From: Candidatus Poribacteria bacterium
Lineage (GTDB): Bacteria; Poribacteria; WGA-4E; WGA-3G
Direction of reading: 5' to 3'
Assembly: GCA_028824685.1 (NCBI GenBank)
Contig: JAPPCZ010000023.1
Span: 257 to 64,256, forward strand
Length of the DNA: 64,000 nt
The notes under the pieces were generated by a model, which had not been told where the DNA came from, made no database searches, and worked only from the letters and a program-made list of their open reading frames with translations. Both the position numbers and the translations under genes were made by a program. Within the stretch, counting starts at the first letter, position 1. Each line of letters opens with the position of its first letter. Shown here in pieces: positions 1 to 8,167 of the stretch.

Positions 1-274
1 CTCGCAATGTTTTTCACAAAGTGTCATATACACAGAGTGAAAAAAACAAAAAATCGCGTCACAATCCTTGTCTTGACAGACTCCTGCACGTACGTCCCAA
101 GGACGTGCAAAACGTCCTAAATGTGACGTGCAACGTCCCAAGTGAATGTGTAAATCGGGCAGGGCGAAGTGAAACTCAACCGACAATATGCTTTGTACGA
201 AAACTTTACATACTCATACAAAAAAGGTGCGATTGGGAAACCGCACCTACCAGGGATAATCGCATATTTTATGC

Positions 275-1693
275 TTAACCATCCAGATGGAAGATAGCCA
301 TCTTCAACTCAGTCATCTCTTCAATAGCATATTTCGGACCCTCTTTGCCCATACCGCTCTCTTTAACACCGCCATAAGGCATCAAATCCGCACGCCACTG
401 CGTACCCCAGTTCACCATCAGATTACCTGAATCAACCTCACGGACAAACCGCATTGCCCAATCAATGTTCTGGGTGAAGATGGCGGCACTCAATCCGTAG
501 TTTGTATCGTTTGCGAGAGTGATCGCTTCGTCAATGTCGTTGACACGCGTCACACCGACAGCCGGTCCGAATACCTCATCACAAGAGATTTTCATCTCAG
601 GTTTTACGTTAGCAAGGATAGCAGGCGTGACAAACTGATCCTGTTTTTCACCGCCTGTGAGCAGTTCCGCACCGTCTGATACCGCTTCCTTAATCCATTC
701 GGTAACGCGGGTAGCATCTCCTTCGCGAATCATCGGTCCCATCCGCACACCAGATTCCAGCGGATTGCCGATACCGATTTGGGAAACTTCTGCTTGGAAT
801 GCATCCAAAAAATCACCATAGATTTTCTCGTGCGCGATGACGCGCTGCGTTGAGATACACACCTGTCCAGCATTAGAATAGCCGGACGCTGCCGCCGCAC
901 GTGCGACCTTCTCAGGATCCGCGTCGGGCATAACGATGAGTGGTGAATTCGAACCGAGTTCCATAGTAACCCGTTTCAATCCTGCAACCTTACAGATATG
1001 TTCACCAACATCACGACTACCAGTAAAGGTAATCTTTCGGACGCGACGATCTGCGCACAACGTATCACCGATTTCACCACCGGGCCCCGTCACACATTGA
1101 ATCGCTTCAGGAGGCGTGCCTGCTTCTAAAAAGAGTTCCACTAATTTCAACGCGGAAAGTGGTGTATCCGTTGCAGGTTTGATAATAATAGCATTTCCAC
1201 CAGCAATGGCAGGACCCGCTTTATGACAGACAAGATGCAACGGGAAGTTGAAAGGACTAATACCAGCGACAATGCCGCAAGGCACACGCACCGTAAAACC
1301 GAGTCTGTTTTTTACACCGGGCGCACCTTCAAGTGGAATCGTTTCGCCGGTCAACCGTTTCGCTTCTTCTGCGGAGAGCGCGATAATTTCGGAAGCACGG
1401 GTTGCTTCAACGGTCGCTTCGGCTAATATCTTCCCTTCTTCACGGGTGATAACTTCGGCAAGTTCTTCCGCTTTTTCGACCATCAAATCCGCGACTTTTC
1501 GCAAAATTTCATAACGTTCATAACCGGTCAACCCCGCCATGATTTTTGCGCCGCGTTCTGCGGTTTGAATAGCGGTTTCAACGTCGTTAGCGTCCCCTTT
1601 CGGCACGGTATCAACAACTGAACCGTCAAAAGGACTCAGGACATCTATTTTGTTAGATTTGTCAACCCATTCTCCACCAACATGCATTTGCAT
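275..1693 (-). CDS. NAD(P)-dependent aldehyde dehydrogenase family protein
   Basis: 484-aa ORF with ALDH hallmarks (GQVCISTQRV catalytic Cys region, ELGSNSP, glycine-rich NAD fold). The likely start is the ATG at 1693 (MQMHVGG), preceded by a GGAGA RBS, rather than the upstream tool start at 1729. Confidence 0.8.
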   Translation of the reverse strand: MQMHVGGEWVDKSNKIDVLSPFDGSVVDTVPKGDANDVETAIQTAERGAKIMAGLTGYERYEILRKVADLMVEKAEELAEVITREEGKILAEATVEATRASEIIALSAEEAKRLTGETIPLEGAPGVKNRLGFTVRVPCGIVAGISPFNFPLHLVCHKAGPAIAGGNAIIIKPATDTPLSALKLVELFLEAGTPPEAIQCVTGPGGEIGDTLCADRRVRKITFTGSRDVGEHICKVAGLKRVTMELGSNSPLIVMPDADPEKVARAAAASGYSNAGQVCISTQRVIAHEKIYGDFLDAFQAEVSQIGIGNPLESGVRMGPMIREGDATRVTEWIKEAVSDGAELLTGGEKQDQFVTPAILANVKPEMKISCDEVFGPAVGVTRVNDIDEAITLANDTNYGLSAAIFTQNIDWAMRFVREVDSGNLMVNWGTQWRADLMPYGGVKESGMGKEGPKYAIEEMTELKMAIFHLDG

Positions 1694-1742
1694 AGTGTGT
1701 TTTCTCCATTTCTGTTTCGGCACACGCATGTGCCTTTTTAAT

Positions 1743-2510
1743 TTACTTTTTGGACTTTAGCAAACCCCAAGTAGTGGTTGCTTTTCCTGCTGCCTCAACA
1801 GCAGCATAATCTGCTAAGCCAGTATCCATAACATCGTTGACTTGTACTTCCGTAAGTGCTTTCGTGAAAAAACCAACTTCATCAAAGAGTCCGGTTGCAG
1901 CAACGTTGCCAGGGCGCGCACCTATCCAAATCGGTGATTTACTGGTATCAAGTTTTCCACCACTCGCCTTTTCACCTTCTAATTTACCATCAACAAACAT
2001 CTGAACCTTACTGCCATCATAGACTTTCGCGATATGATGCCATTGACCATCTGCAACGATGGTTTTACCATCAATACGACCAACTTGACCCTTCACATGC
2101 CACATAAATACTGGATAATCGGCATCGTGAATCCATATATCAAGGTGACGGACATTTTCCGGTTCGGGCCAAACATCTCCATTCCGCCAAACGACGTATT
2201 GCCATGAGGCAGCATTCAACTTAACCCAAGAAACAAAGGTATACGGGTCGGAGTTGAAAACGTCATCATGGTCAACACGAACGTAACTATCACCTTTGCC
2301 GGGGAATTCCAACGCACCACCGAATTTGCCATCACCTACCCACTTTAGGTTGCCTTTGATGTCACCATCGTGTCCACTGACAATATCTTTAACTACTTTT
2401 CCACCGTTTTCATTGAATAACCATGCACTTGCTAAACCGAGTTGCGCCGCATGTGCAGTAAAAACTGTTCCGATGATAAGTATTGTCAAACACAAAATAG
2501 TCGTTTTCAT
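1743..2510 (-). CDS. secreted LamG/concanavalin A-like domain protein with C-terminal TTTWG-type tail
   Basis: N-terminal signal peptide (MKTTILCLTILIIGTVFTAHAA). LamG-like signature near the C-terminus (LFDEVGFF). The protein ends ...KATTTWGLLKSKK. Confidence 0.5.
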   Translation of the reverse strand: MKTTILCLTILIIGTVFTAHAAQLGLASAWLFNENGGKVVKDIVSGHDGDIKGNLKWVGDGKFGGALEFPGKGDSYVRVDHDDVFNSDPYTFVSWVKLNAASWQYVVWRNGDVWPEPENVRHLDIWIHDADYPVFMWHVKGQVGRIDGKTIVADGQWHHIAKVYDGSKVQMFVDGKLEGEKASGGKLDTSKSPIWIGARPGNVAATGLFDEVGFFTKALTEVQVNDVMDTGLADYAAVEAAGKATTTWGLLKSKK

Positions 2511-2543
2511 GTTGTTTCCTCCTTTGAGGTTACTAAAACGATT

Positions 2544-3548
2544 TTAGACGCGGCAATTGTCAAGCGCGTCCTCATCTAATTCAACGCCTAATCCTGGTTT
2601 ATCTGGTATAGTCGCATATCCGTCCACAAGCGGAATAGTTGAAGGTGTAACAATGTCAAAGGCACGCAGCGCATTTAAAGTAATTGAAGGCATAGTCGCA
2701 TTCCGCATAACCGCAGCAAGATGCATCACATAAGTGGTCGTTATGCCGAGACCAACAATTTGTATCCACACAGGAAGATGCGCTGAGTCTGAAATTATTG
2801 CTTCACGTTTAGCGTTAGCAGCACGCGAGTCTGGGTAAGCAATAATAAACGAATCGTTCATCTTTGCCCGAATCGCCTCAACAGGATCGGGATTTCCGAA
2901 GTGAATTGTTATTGGCATATCCGTGTGTTGCTTGATTTCTTGGTATCCGGCAATATCCGACTGTGGAATCGGGGTTTCAAACGATTCAATATTGTAGTCT
3001 TGAAGTTGTCGGGCAACTTCAAGGGTGTGTTCTGGTGTTTGAAAAGAATCATTTGCATCCACGCGAAGTTGAAAATCATCTGGCACAACCTCTGCGATTG
3101 CGTCTACCTGTTCACGCACTTCAAACCACGGACGTGCCTTGATTTTATGGAGTCGGTAGCCGAGTGAATATGCATGTTTTGCCTCTGCAGCCCACTCCTC
3201 TGGTGTCATATCAATAGACCAATATCCGAACGATGTTTTGTCGTTAACCTTTTCACCTAAAAGTTGATGTACTGGCACACCAAGGGACTTGCCCATGATG
3301 TCGTAAAAGGCTTGTTGTAGCGGTGTCGGTGCCCATCCATTCATAAATTCAAACGGGTTTCTGCCGATATACCGTTGAACTGCTTCCTCCGATTGAAACG
3401 AACCATCGCCAATGCCGGTTATTCCCGCATCAGTATGCACCTTGTAAACATGGTCAATTTGATAAAGATTACGACGCGTCATCAGTTCGTAAATGCCATC
3501 ATGGTAAGGCACTCTGACCTTGATAACTTCAATTTGCGTAATTTTCAT
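2544..3548 (-). CDS. enolase-superfamily enzyme (mandelate racemase/muconate lactonizing enzyme-like)
   Basis: N-terminal capping-domain pattern MKITQIEVIKV... followed by barrel motifs (KIKARPWFEV, LRVDANDSF metal-ligand motif). Length 334 aa. Confidence 0.6.
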   Translation of the reverse strand: MKITQIEVIKVRVPYHDGIYELMTRRNLYQIDHVYKVHTDAGITGIGDGSFQSEEAVQRYIGRNPFEFMNGWAPTPLQQAFYDIMGKSLGVPVHQLLGEKVNDKTSFGYWSIDMTPEEWAAEAKHAYSLGYRLHKIKARPWFEVREQVDAIAEVVPDDFQLRVDANDSFQTPEHTLEVARQLQDYNIESFETPIPQSDIAGYQEIKQHTDMPITIHFGNPDPVEAIRAKMNDSFIIAYPDSRAANAKREAIISDSAHLPVWIQIVGLGITTTYVMHLAAVMRNATMPSITLNALRAFDIVTPSTIPLVDGYATIPDKPGLGVELDEDALDNCRV

Positions 3549-3629
3549 GATTCTGCCTCCCCGTATCCGAATAACGATCTTCTGTCTACTGCTTGTGGAT
3601 ATAGAATGTTATTTAGCGTTTTTAGATTA

Positions 3630-4082
3630 CTATTCGTCACGCCGAATCCAGCTGACGACATCTTCCGCTTCACCTGTCCCGCCTTCTACGCCATCGCTCC
3701 CAAATGAGATAAGGTCGTACCCGTATCGGTCATGCACACCCGGACGAATGTAAATGTATGGGTTACCCCACGGGTCCTCCGTAATTGGGATTTGAATGTA
3801 TGGAACTAACCAATTTATAGGAAGTGGTGGTTCTTCGGGTTTCTCCCAAAGTGCTTTCAATCCCTGTTCAGTTGAAGGATAATCTCCATTGTCCTTAGCA
3901 TATCTATCAAGAGCGATGCCAAGCGTTTCAATGTCTTCAGCTGCACGTGTTTGTAATGCACGGCCTGCTTGCCCAAGCAATCGCGGTGCCAAAATCACAG
4001 CGGCAATCACACCAAGAACAACAACGACAACTAATATCTGGACAAGTGTTAACCCCGATTGTTTTGAATCAATTTGTATCAC
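3630..4082 (-). CDS. gspG: type II secretion/type IV pilin-like major pseudopilin (GspG-like)
   Basis: Prepilin N-terminal segment G|LTLVQILVVVVVLGVIAAV. GspG-specific core motifs (DIETLGIALDRYAKDNGDYPSTEQGLKAL, DPWGNPYIY, ISFGSDG). Confidence 0.75.
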   Translation of the reverse strand: MIQIDSKQSGLTLVQILVVVVVLGVIAAVILAPRLLGQAGRALQTRAAEDIETLGIALDRYAKDNGDYPSTEQGLKALWEKPEEPPLPINWLVPYIQIPITEDPWGNPYIYIRPGVHDRYGYDLISFGSDGVEGGTGEAEDVVSWIRRDE

Positions 4083-4230
4083 GTATGCGTCTCCGCGCTT
4101 TCTAATAATGAGATAATTTTGAATGTCTGCAAGAGTTTATCACATGTCGCTGATTGTGTCAACTATAACTATTTCATTCTCCAGAGCCATTCAATTCTCC
4201 AATAATCGCACAGGCTACATCTGTTGCTTC

Positions 4231-4297
4231 TTGTAGGAGCGATCTCCGAATCGCGACAAAACACAAGGATAGTCGGGAATCGGAGTTCCCTCCTACA
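4231..4297. repeat. palindromic MITE-like repeat, family 1 (TGTAGGAGCGAYCTCC...GGAGnTCCCTCCTACA)
   Basis: Inverted arms tgtaggagcgatctccgaatcgcgac / gtcgggaatcggagttccctcctaca. Related copies occur at 4395-4422, 33045-33090, 44191-44250 and 46184-46339. Confidence 0.6.
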
Positions 4298-4487
4298 ATA
4301 CAATTAAATGGAAAAACCCGACAATTGAATGGCTCTGTTTCATTCTCAGAGTCATTAATTCTCAAATAATTTCTTTTTTATTTAAAACCTCTTTCTGTAG
4401 GAGCGACCTCCTGGTCGCGACCTTGCCTTAAATATTGAGAAAACGCGAAAACTGAATGACTCTATTTTAATCTCATGATCATTCAGT

Positions 4488-4525
4488 CTGTAGGTCGGGT
4501 AGAGCGTAAGCGAAACCCAGCACCT
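4488..4525. repeat. MITE-like repeat family 2 terminal segment (TGTAGGTCGGGTAGAGCGnAAGCGAAACCC)
   Basis: Same 35-nt motif seen at 29125-29160, inverted at 29251-29284, and split at 42643-42750. Confidence 0.55.
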
Positions 4526-4536
4526 CACTAAAAACG

Positions 4537-4791
4537 CTAAGAATTCTCTATTTGCGAATAAGTTTCCCATAATCCTTTCGGATTTTCAACAGAAAGACCT
4601 ACGTTGCCACATTCACCACAAACAGTTGCTCTTAACGCTTCCCTATGAGACTGCTTGAAAATTAAGGCATCAGGATTCCCCTGTACTTCAACTTCTAAGT
4701 CTTGTCCTAATCCCCGTTCATAGCGATCCCGAATTCGCAAGTTGGGCATGATATTTTCAGAATCGCACCGTGGACATTTCATTGTAGCCAT
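4537..4791 (-). CDS. small zinc-ribbon protein (two CxxC pairs), function unknown
   Basis: 84-aa ORF with CPRC...CGEC. Strong RBS (AAGGAGA) 7 nt upstream of the ATG. Confidence 0.4.
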   Translation of the reverse strand: MATMKCPRCDSENIMPNLRIRDRYERGLGQDLEVEVQGNPDALIFKQSHREALRATVCGECGNVGLSVENPKGLWETYSQIENS

Positions 4792-4835
4792 CTGTTTGTC
4801 TCCTTATCTCAATGATTGATTAACAGCATTTGCAT

Positions 4836-5975
4836 TCAATTGATTGCATCGCTGGATACGTCCTTTTTCCATCTTTCCAATGGATGTTCGCGTGGCGTTA
4901 ACGGCATGGACACCCTGCCTTTTCGCCGATGCGATTCCCACGTTGCATGAATCATCTCAAGACAATCACGTCCATCTCTACCACTCGCGAAAGGGTCTCG
5001 ATCTTTTTCAATCGCTTCAATAAGATCGCGCAACATAAGACGTTGCAAAAGCAGTCTTATGGAACCTTTATCACGCGGATTTCCATTCTCGTCAAGGTCC
5101 TCCTCAGGTAAGTGAATCTGTTCCCACGCTTGTGCGGGTGTTTGGTGTTGACCTCTATGGATGAACATTGTTGTGCCAACGCTCTCTCGAATAGCGATGC
5201 GTCCTTCAGTCCCAATAATATCTATGCCGTAGGCGTCATCATTGGTTTGGGGTTGCGCGAGAAATTGCACATCTGCATGGATGCCGTTCTTGAAACGAAA
5301 GGATGCATGTCCGCGTTCTCCAAGCACGAGACCAGCATCTCGATCATGAGGGTGAACCTCTTGCGTATGTTTGATGTCATCAACGGTGGATTCACGTCCA
5401 GCCATCTGCACAAGGTGTGCGTGTGTCCACTCCACATCTCCACCGAAAAGTCGTATCCAATCGTAGAGATGTGTTCCCATTTCCATCAGCGAGTTACCCG
5501 CTTTACGTCCACCTTTGTCGGTTGCCTTCATCAAGACAACATCGCCAATTTCACCCATTTCAATTAAGGAAAGGACATATCGGTTATAAGGACTGGCACG
5601 TTTGATGTGGTTAATCGCAAACTTGACGCGATACTTGTCGCAGATTCCAACCATTTCATCAGCTTGAATGAGGTTGAGCGCAATCGGTTTTTCACAGAAG
5701 ACGTGGATGCCACGCTTGGCAGCCGCAATCGTTGGTGGGTGGTGCATAGGTGCTTGCGTTGGCACAATAACGATATCCGGTTTTTGCTCATCAAGCATCT
5801 TTTCATAATCGTCATAGATGGCTTTGACACCGAATCGCTCACCCCATGCTTTTGCTCGTTCTGGATTGATTTCTGCTCCTGCGATGAGTTCACAGTTCGT
5901 CTCTAACTTTGCTGCCTGGGCATGGTGACCTCCCATACCTCCCAAGCCGATAATCGCAATGCGGTATTTTTTCAT
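4836..5975 (-). CDS. Gfo/Idh/MocA family NAD(P)-dependent oxidoreductase
   Basis: N-terminal Rossmann motif MKKYRIAIIGLGGMGGHHA. Typical Gfo/Idh/MocA length. The likely ATG at 5975 is preceded by GGAGA; the tool start at 5987 is a TTG. Confidence 0.8.
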   Translation of the reverse strand: MKKYRIAIIGLGGMGGHHAQAAKLETNCELIAGAEINPERAKAWGERFGVKAIYDDYEKMLDEQKPDIVIVPTQAPMHHPPTIAAAKRGIHVFCEKPIALNLIQADEMVGICDKYRVKFAINHIKRASPYNRYVLSLIEMGEIGDVVLMKATDKGGRKAGNSLMEMGTHLYDWIRLFGGDVEWTHAHLVQMAGRESTVDDIKHTQEVHPHDRDAGLVLGERGHASFRFKNGIHADVQFLAQPQTNDDAYGIDIIGTEGRIAIRESVGTTMFIHRGQHQTPAQAWEQIHLPEEDLDENGNPRDKGSIRLLLQRLMLRDLIEAIEKDRDPFASGRDGRDCLEMIHATWESHRRKGRVSMPLTPREHPLERWKKDVSSDAIN

Positions 5976-6105
5976 GCATGTCTCCAAGTTGTTAAAAGAA
6001 ATCCTCGTATCCGACTATCATAGCAACATCAAAACGAAAGTGCAATAAAAAACGGCACAGTAGGACAACCGTGCCGAATTAATATCGTAGCAATGATATG
6101 TAAAA

Positions 6106-7101
6106 TTACTGGCTTTTCACGTTTGCCCAAGTGGTTGTCAATTTATCTATATCTGGACTAACATCGTAAACACCTTCAGTATCCAAAGCGATTCCTGCTA
6201 CATAATTCAAACCAGTCAAAATGTCTGTGACATTAGAACCATCAAGGTTTGCACGTCTGATTTTACCCTTGCGATTCTGTGTATCTCTTTCTACCCAGTA
6301 CATTTTGCGGGAATGTAGATCTAAGGCAATATCGCTTGGATAACTCAATTCTTCTAATAGGGTTTCCTTATTATCGCCACCAAGTGATGTCCTTCTAATC
6401 TGGCCCAAGGAGATGTGGGTCCAATACATATCGCGGTTGTGTAAGTCAAGTGCAAGTCCGACGTGATCTATTATACTGAGAACAAGTTCTTCGTAATTAG
6501 AGCCGTCAAAGTTCACATGAGCAATATTATCATTTAAGGAGTCTAAAAAATACATCTTACCCGCCTTCACATCAAGTTGGATTTTCTCAGCATCAACTCT
6601 TGGCCCAAATACGGCACCATCCACAGGCTTAATTATAATGTCCTCAATATTGGAACCGTCATTATTTGCACGCGAAATTCCCCACGGTCCAATCCAATTA
6701 CCCCAATATATTTTATCCGCATTTGTATCTATGGCGATGCAGCCGGGAGAATGTAGACGTTTATTCTGTTCTGCAATCTGTGCTTCACGATTGAAAATTA
6801 CTTCAATATTCGAGCCATCAAGGTTTGACCGGTAGATTTTTGAGGTGTCAAAGTTAAATTTGTTAACCCAGTACATCTTACGGTTGTGTAGGTCCAAGGC
6901 AATATCTCGAGGCCATTTCAATACCGTTAGGATGTCTTCTACATTGGACCCATCAAGATTCGCCCGTCTGATTTTATCTGTTTCTGTCCAATATATTTTG
7001 GCACGTCCTTGCCCGTAACATATACCTTGGACAATAGTAGTCAACAAAATCACAACCGAAATAAATACGATACGCTTTTGTGTTAATACCTGATTTTTCA
7101 T
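6106..7101 (-). CDS. secreted YWTD (LDL-receptor class B-like) β-propeller repeat protein with TTTWA C-terminal tail
   Basis: Repeated ~43-aa units KIYWTE/KMYWVN...RANLDGSN(V/I)E(D/V)I. Signal/TM segment present. Ends KLTTTWANVKSQ. The probable ATG is at 7101. Confidence 0.6.
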   Translation of the reverse strand: MKNQVLTQKRIVFISVVILLTTIVQGICYGQGRAKIYWTETDKIRRANLDGSNVEDILTVLKWPRDIALDLHNRKMYWVNKFNFDTSKIYRSNLDGSNIEVIFNREAQIAEQNKRLHSPGCIAIDTNADKIYWGNWIGPWGISRANNDGSNIEDIIIKPVDGAVFGPRVDAEKIQLDVKAGKMYFLDSLNDNIAHVNFDGSNYEELVLSIIDHVGLALDLHNRDMYWTHISLGQIRRTSLGGDNKETLLEELSYPSDIALDLHSRKMYWVERDTQNRKGKIRRANLDGSNVTDILTGLNYVAGIALDTEGVYDVSPDIDKLTTTWANVKSQ

Positions 7102-7124
7102 GTCAGTACTCCTGCTTGTAAACA

Positions 7125-8120
7125 TTATTGAATTTTCATGTTTGCCCAAGTGGTTGTTAGTTTATTTGTATCAGGGTCTACATCGTAAAACCCTTCGGTG
7201 TCTAAAGCAATACTCGACGAAATATTCAAACCCGTTAGAATACCTCTCACATTGGATCCATCAAGATTTGCGCGTTGGATTTTATACGTAGATGCTTCCC
7301 AATCCCAAACTGTCCAGTATATTTTACGTGAGCGCATGTCTAATTCAATACCACGCGGAAATTTTAATCCCGTAACGATGTCCTTAACATTCCGTCCATT
7401 AAGATTTGAACTTTGTATCTTACCTGTAACTATATTCGACCAGTACATCTGACGCGTTTGTAAATCAAGTGCTAAACCATATACCCCTTGGTTCTTGGTA
7501 ACAAGGTCTTTAGCATCGGATCCATCGAGGTTCGCACTTGCAATTTTTTTGCCGAACACATCAGTCCAGTACAACTTTCTCGCTTTCAAGTCCAATTCTA
7601 TGTTCTGTGCAGAAACAAATTGATGAATTAAGAAATTCTGAGGTAAAATTCGTTCTTTGATAGGAAGACTCTCAACATCGGATCCGTCAAGGTTTGCACG
7701 CTGAATAATATCTCTGCGCCAGTTTCCCCAGTAAATCTTGTTTGATTTGACATCTAAAGCAATGCAGTTTGGCGAAATTGTTAAAGTGTCTTTTTTTACT
7801 ATAACTTCAATATTTGTACCATCAAGGTTTGAACGTTGGATTTTTTCTGCGGTACGGTCAGTCCAGTACATCTTACGGTTTTGAAAATCCAAAGCGATAT
7901 CCACCGGTCCGAACAGTCCCGTTACAAGATCCTCGGCAGCGGTTCCATTAAGGTTCGCTCGTTTGATTTTACCTATATCAGATCTCCAAGCCTCTGCTGT
8001 TTCTGTCCAATATATCTTACCTCTTCCCTGTGCGTTGCTTATGCTTTGGATAACAAAAACGAATAAAACCGCAACTAAAATGAATACGATCCGATTTTGT
8101 GTAAAAACTCGATTTTTCAT
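7125..8120 (-). CDS. secreted YWTD β-propeller repeat protein, tandem paralog of 6106..7101
   Basis: Same repeat architecture (KMYWTD, KLYWTD, KIYWTV). Ends KLTTTWANMKIQ. The 3' nucleotide sequence is nearly identical to its neighbour. Confidence 0.6.
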   Translation of the reverse strand: MKNRVFTQNRIVFILVAVLFVFVIQSISNAQGRGKIYWTETAEAWRSDIGKIKRANLNGTAAEDLVTGLFGPVDIALDFQNRKMYWTDRTAEKIQRSNLDGTNIEVIVKKDTLTISPNCIALDVKSNKIYWGNWRRDIIQRANLDGSDVESLPIKERILPQNFLIHQFVSAQNIELDLKARKLYWTDVFGKKIASANLDGSDAKDLVTKNQGVYGLALDLQTRQMYWSNIVTGKIQSSNLNGRNVKDIVTGLKFPRGIELDMRSRKIYWTVWDWEASTYKIQRANLDGSNVRGILTGLNISSSIALDTEGFYDVDPDTNKLTTTWANMKIQ

Positions 8121-8167
8121 GTCATAGTCTCCTTTCATGTGAAAGTTGTGACTTGGTCAGAACCCTT

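Noticed and set aside
21-278. 85-aa ORF at the window start (GTG-initiated)
   Set aside because: No RBS and a low-complexity translation. It lies in a palindrome-rich non-coding region downstream of the aldehyde dehydrogenase gene and is probably spurious.
4174-4570. Two small ORFs (4174..4365 and 4382..4570) in the gspG–zinc-ribbon intergenic region
   Set aside because: They are composed of the MITE-like palindromic repeats, have no RBS, and are artefacts of repeat sequence.
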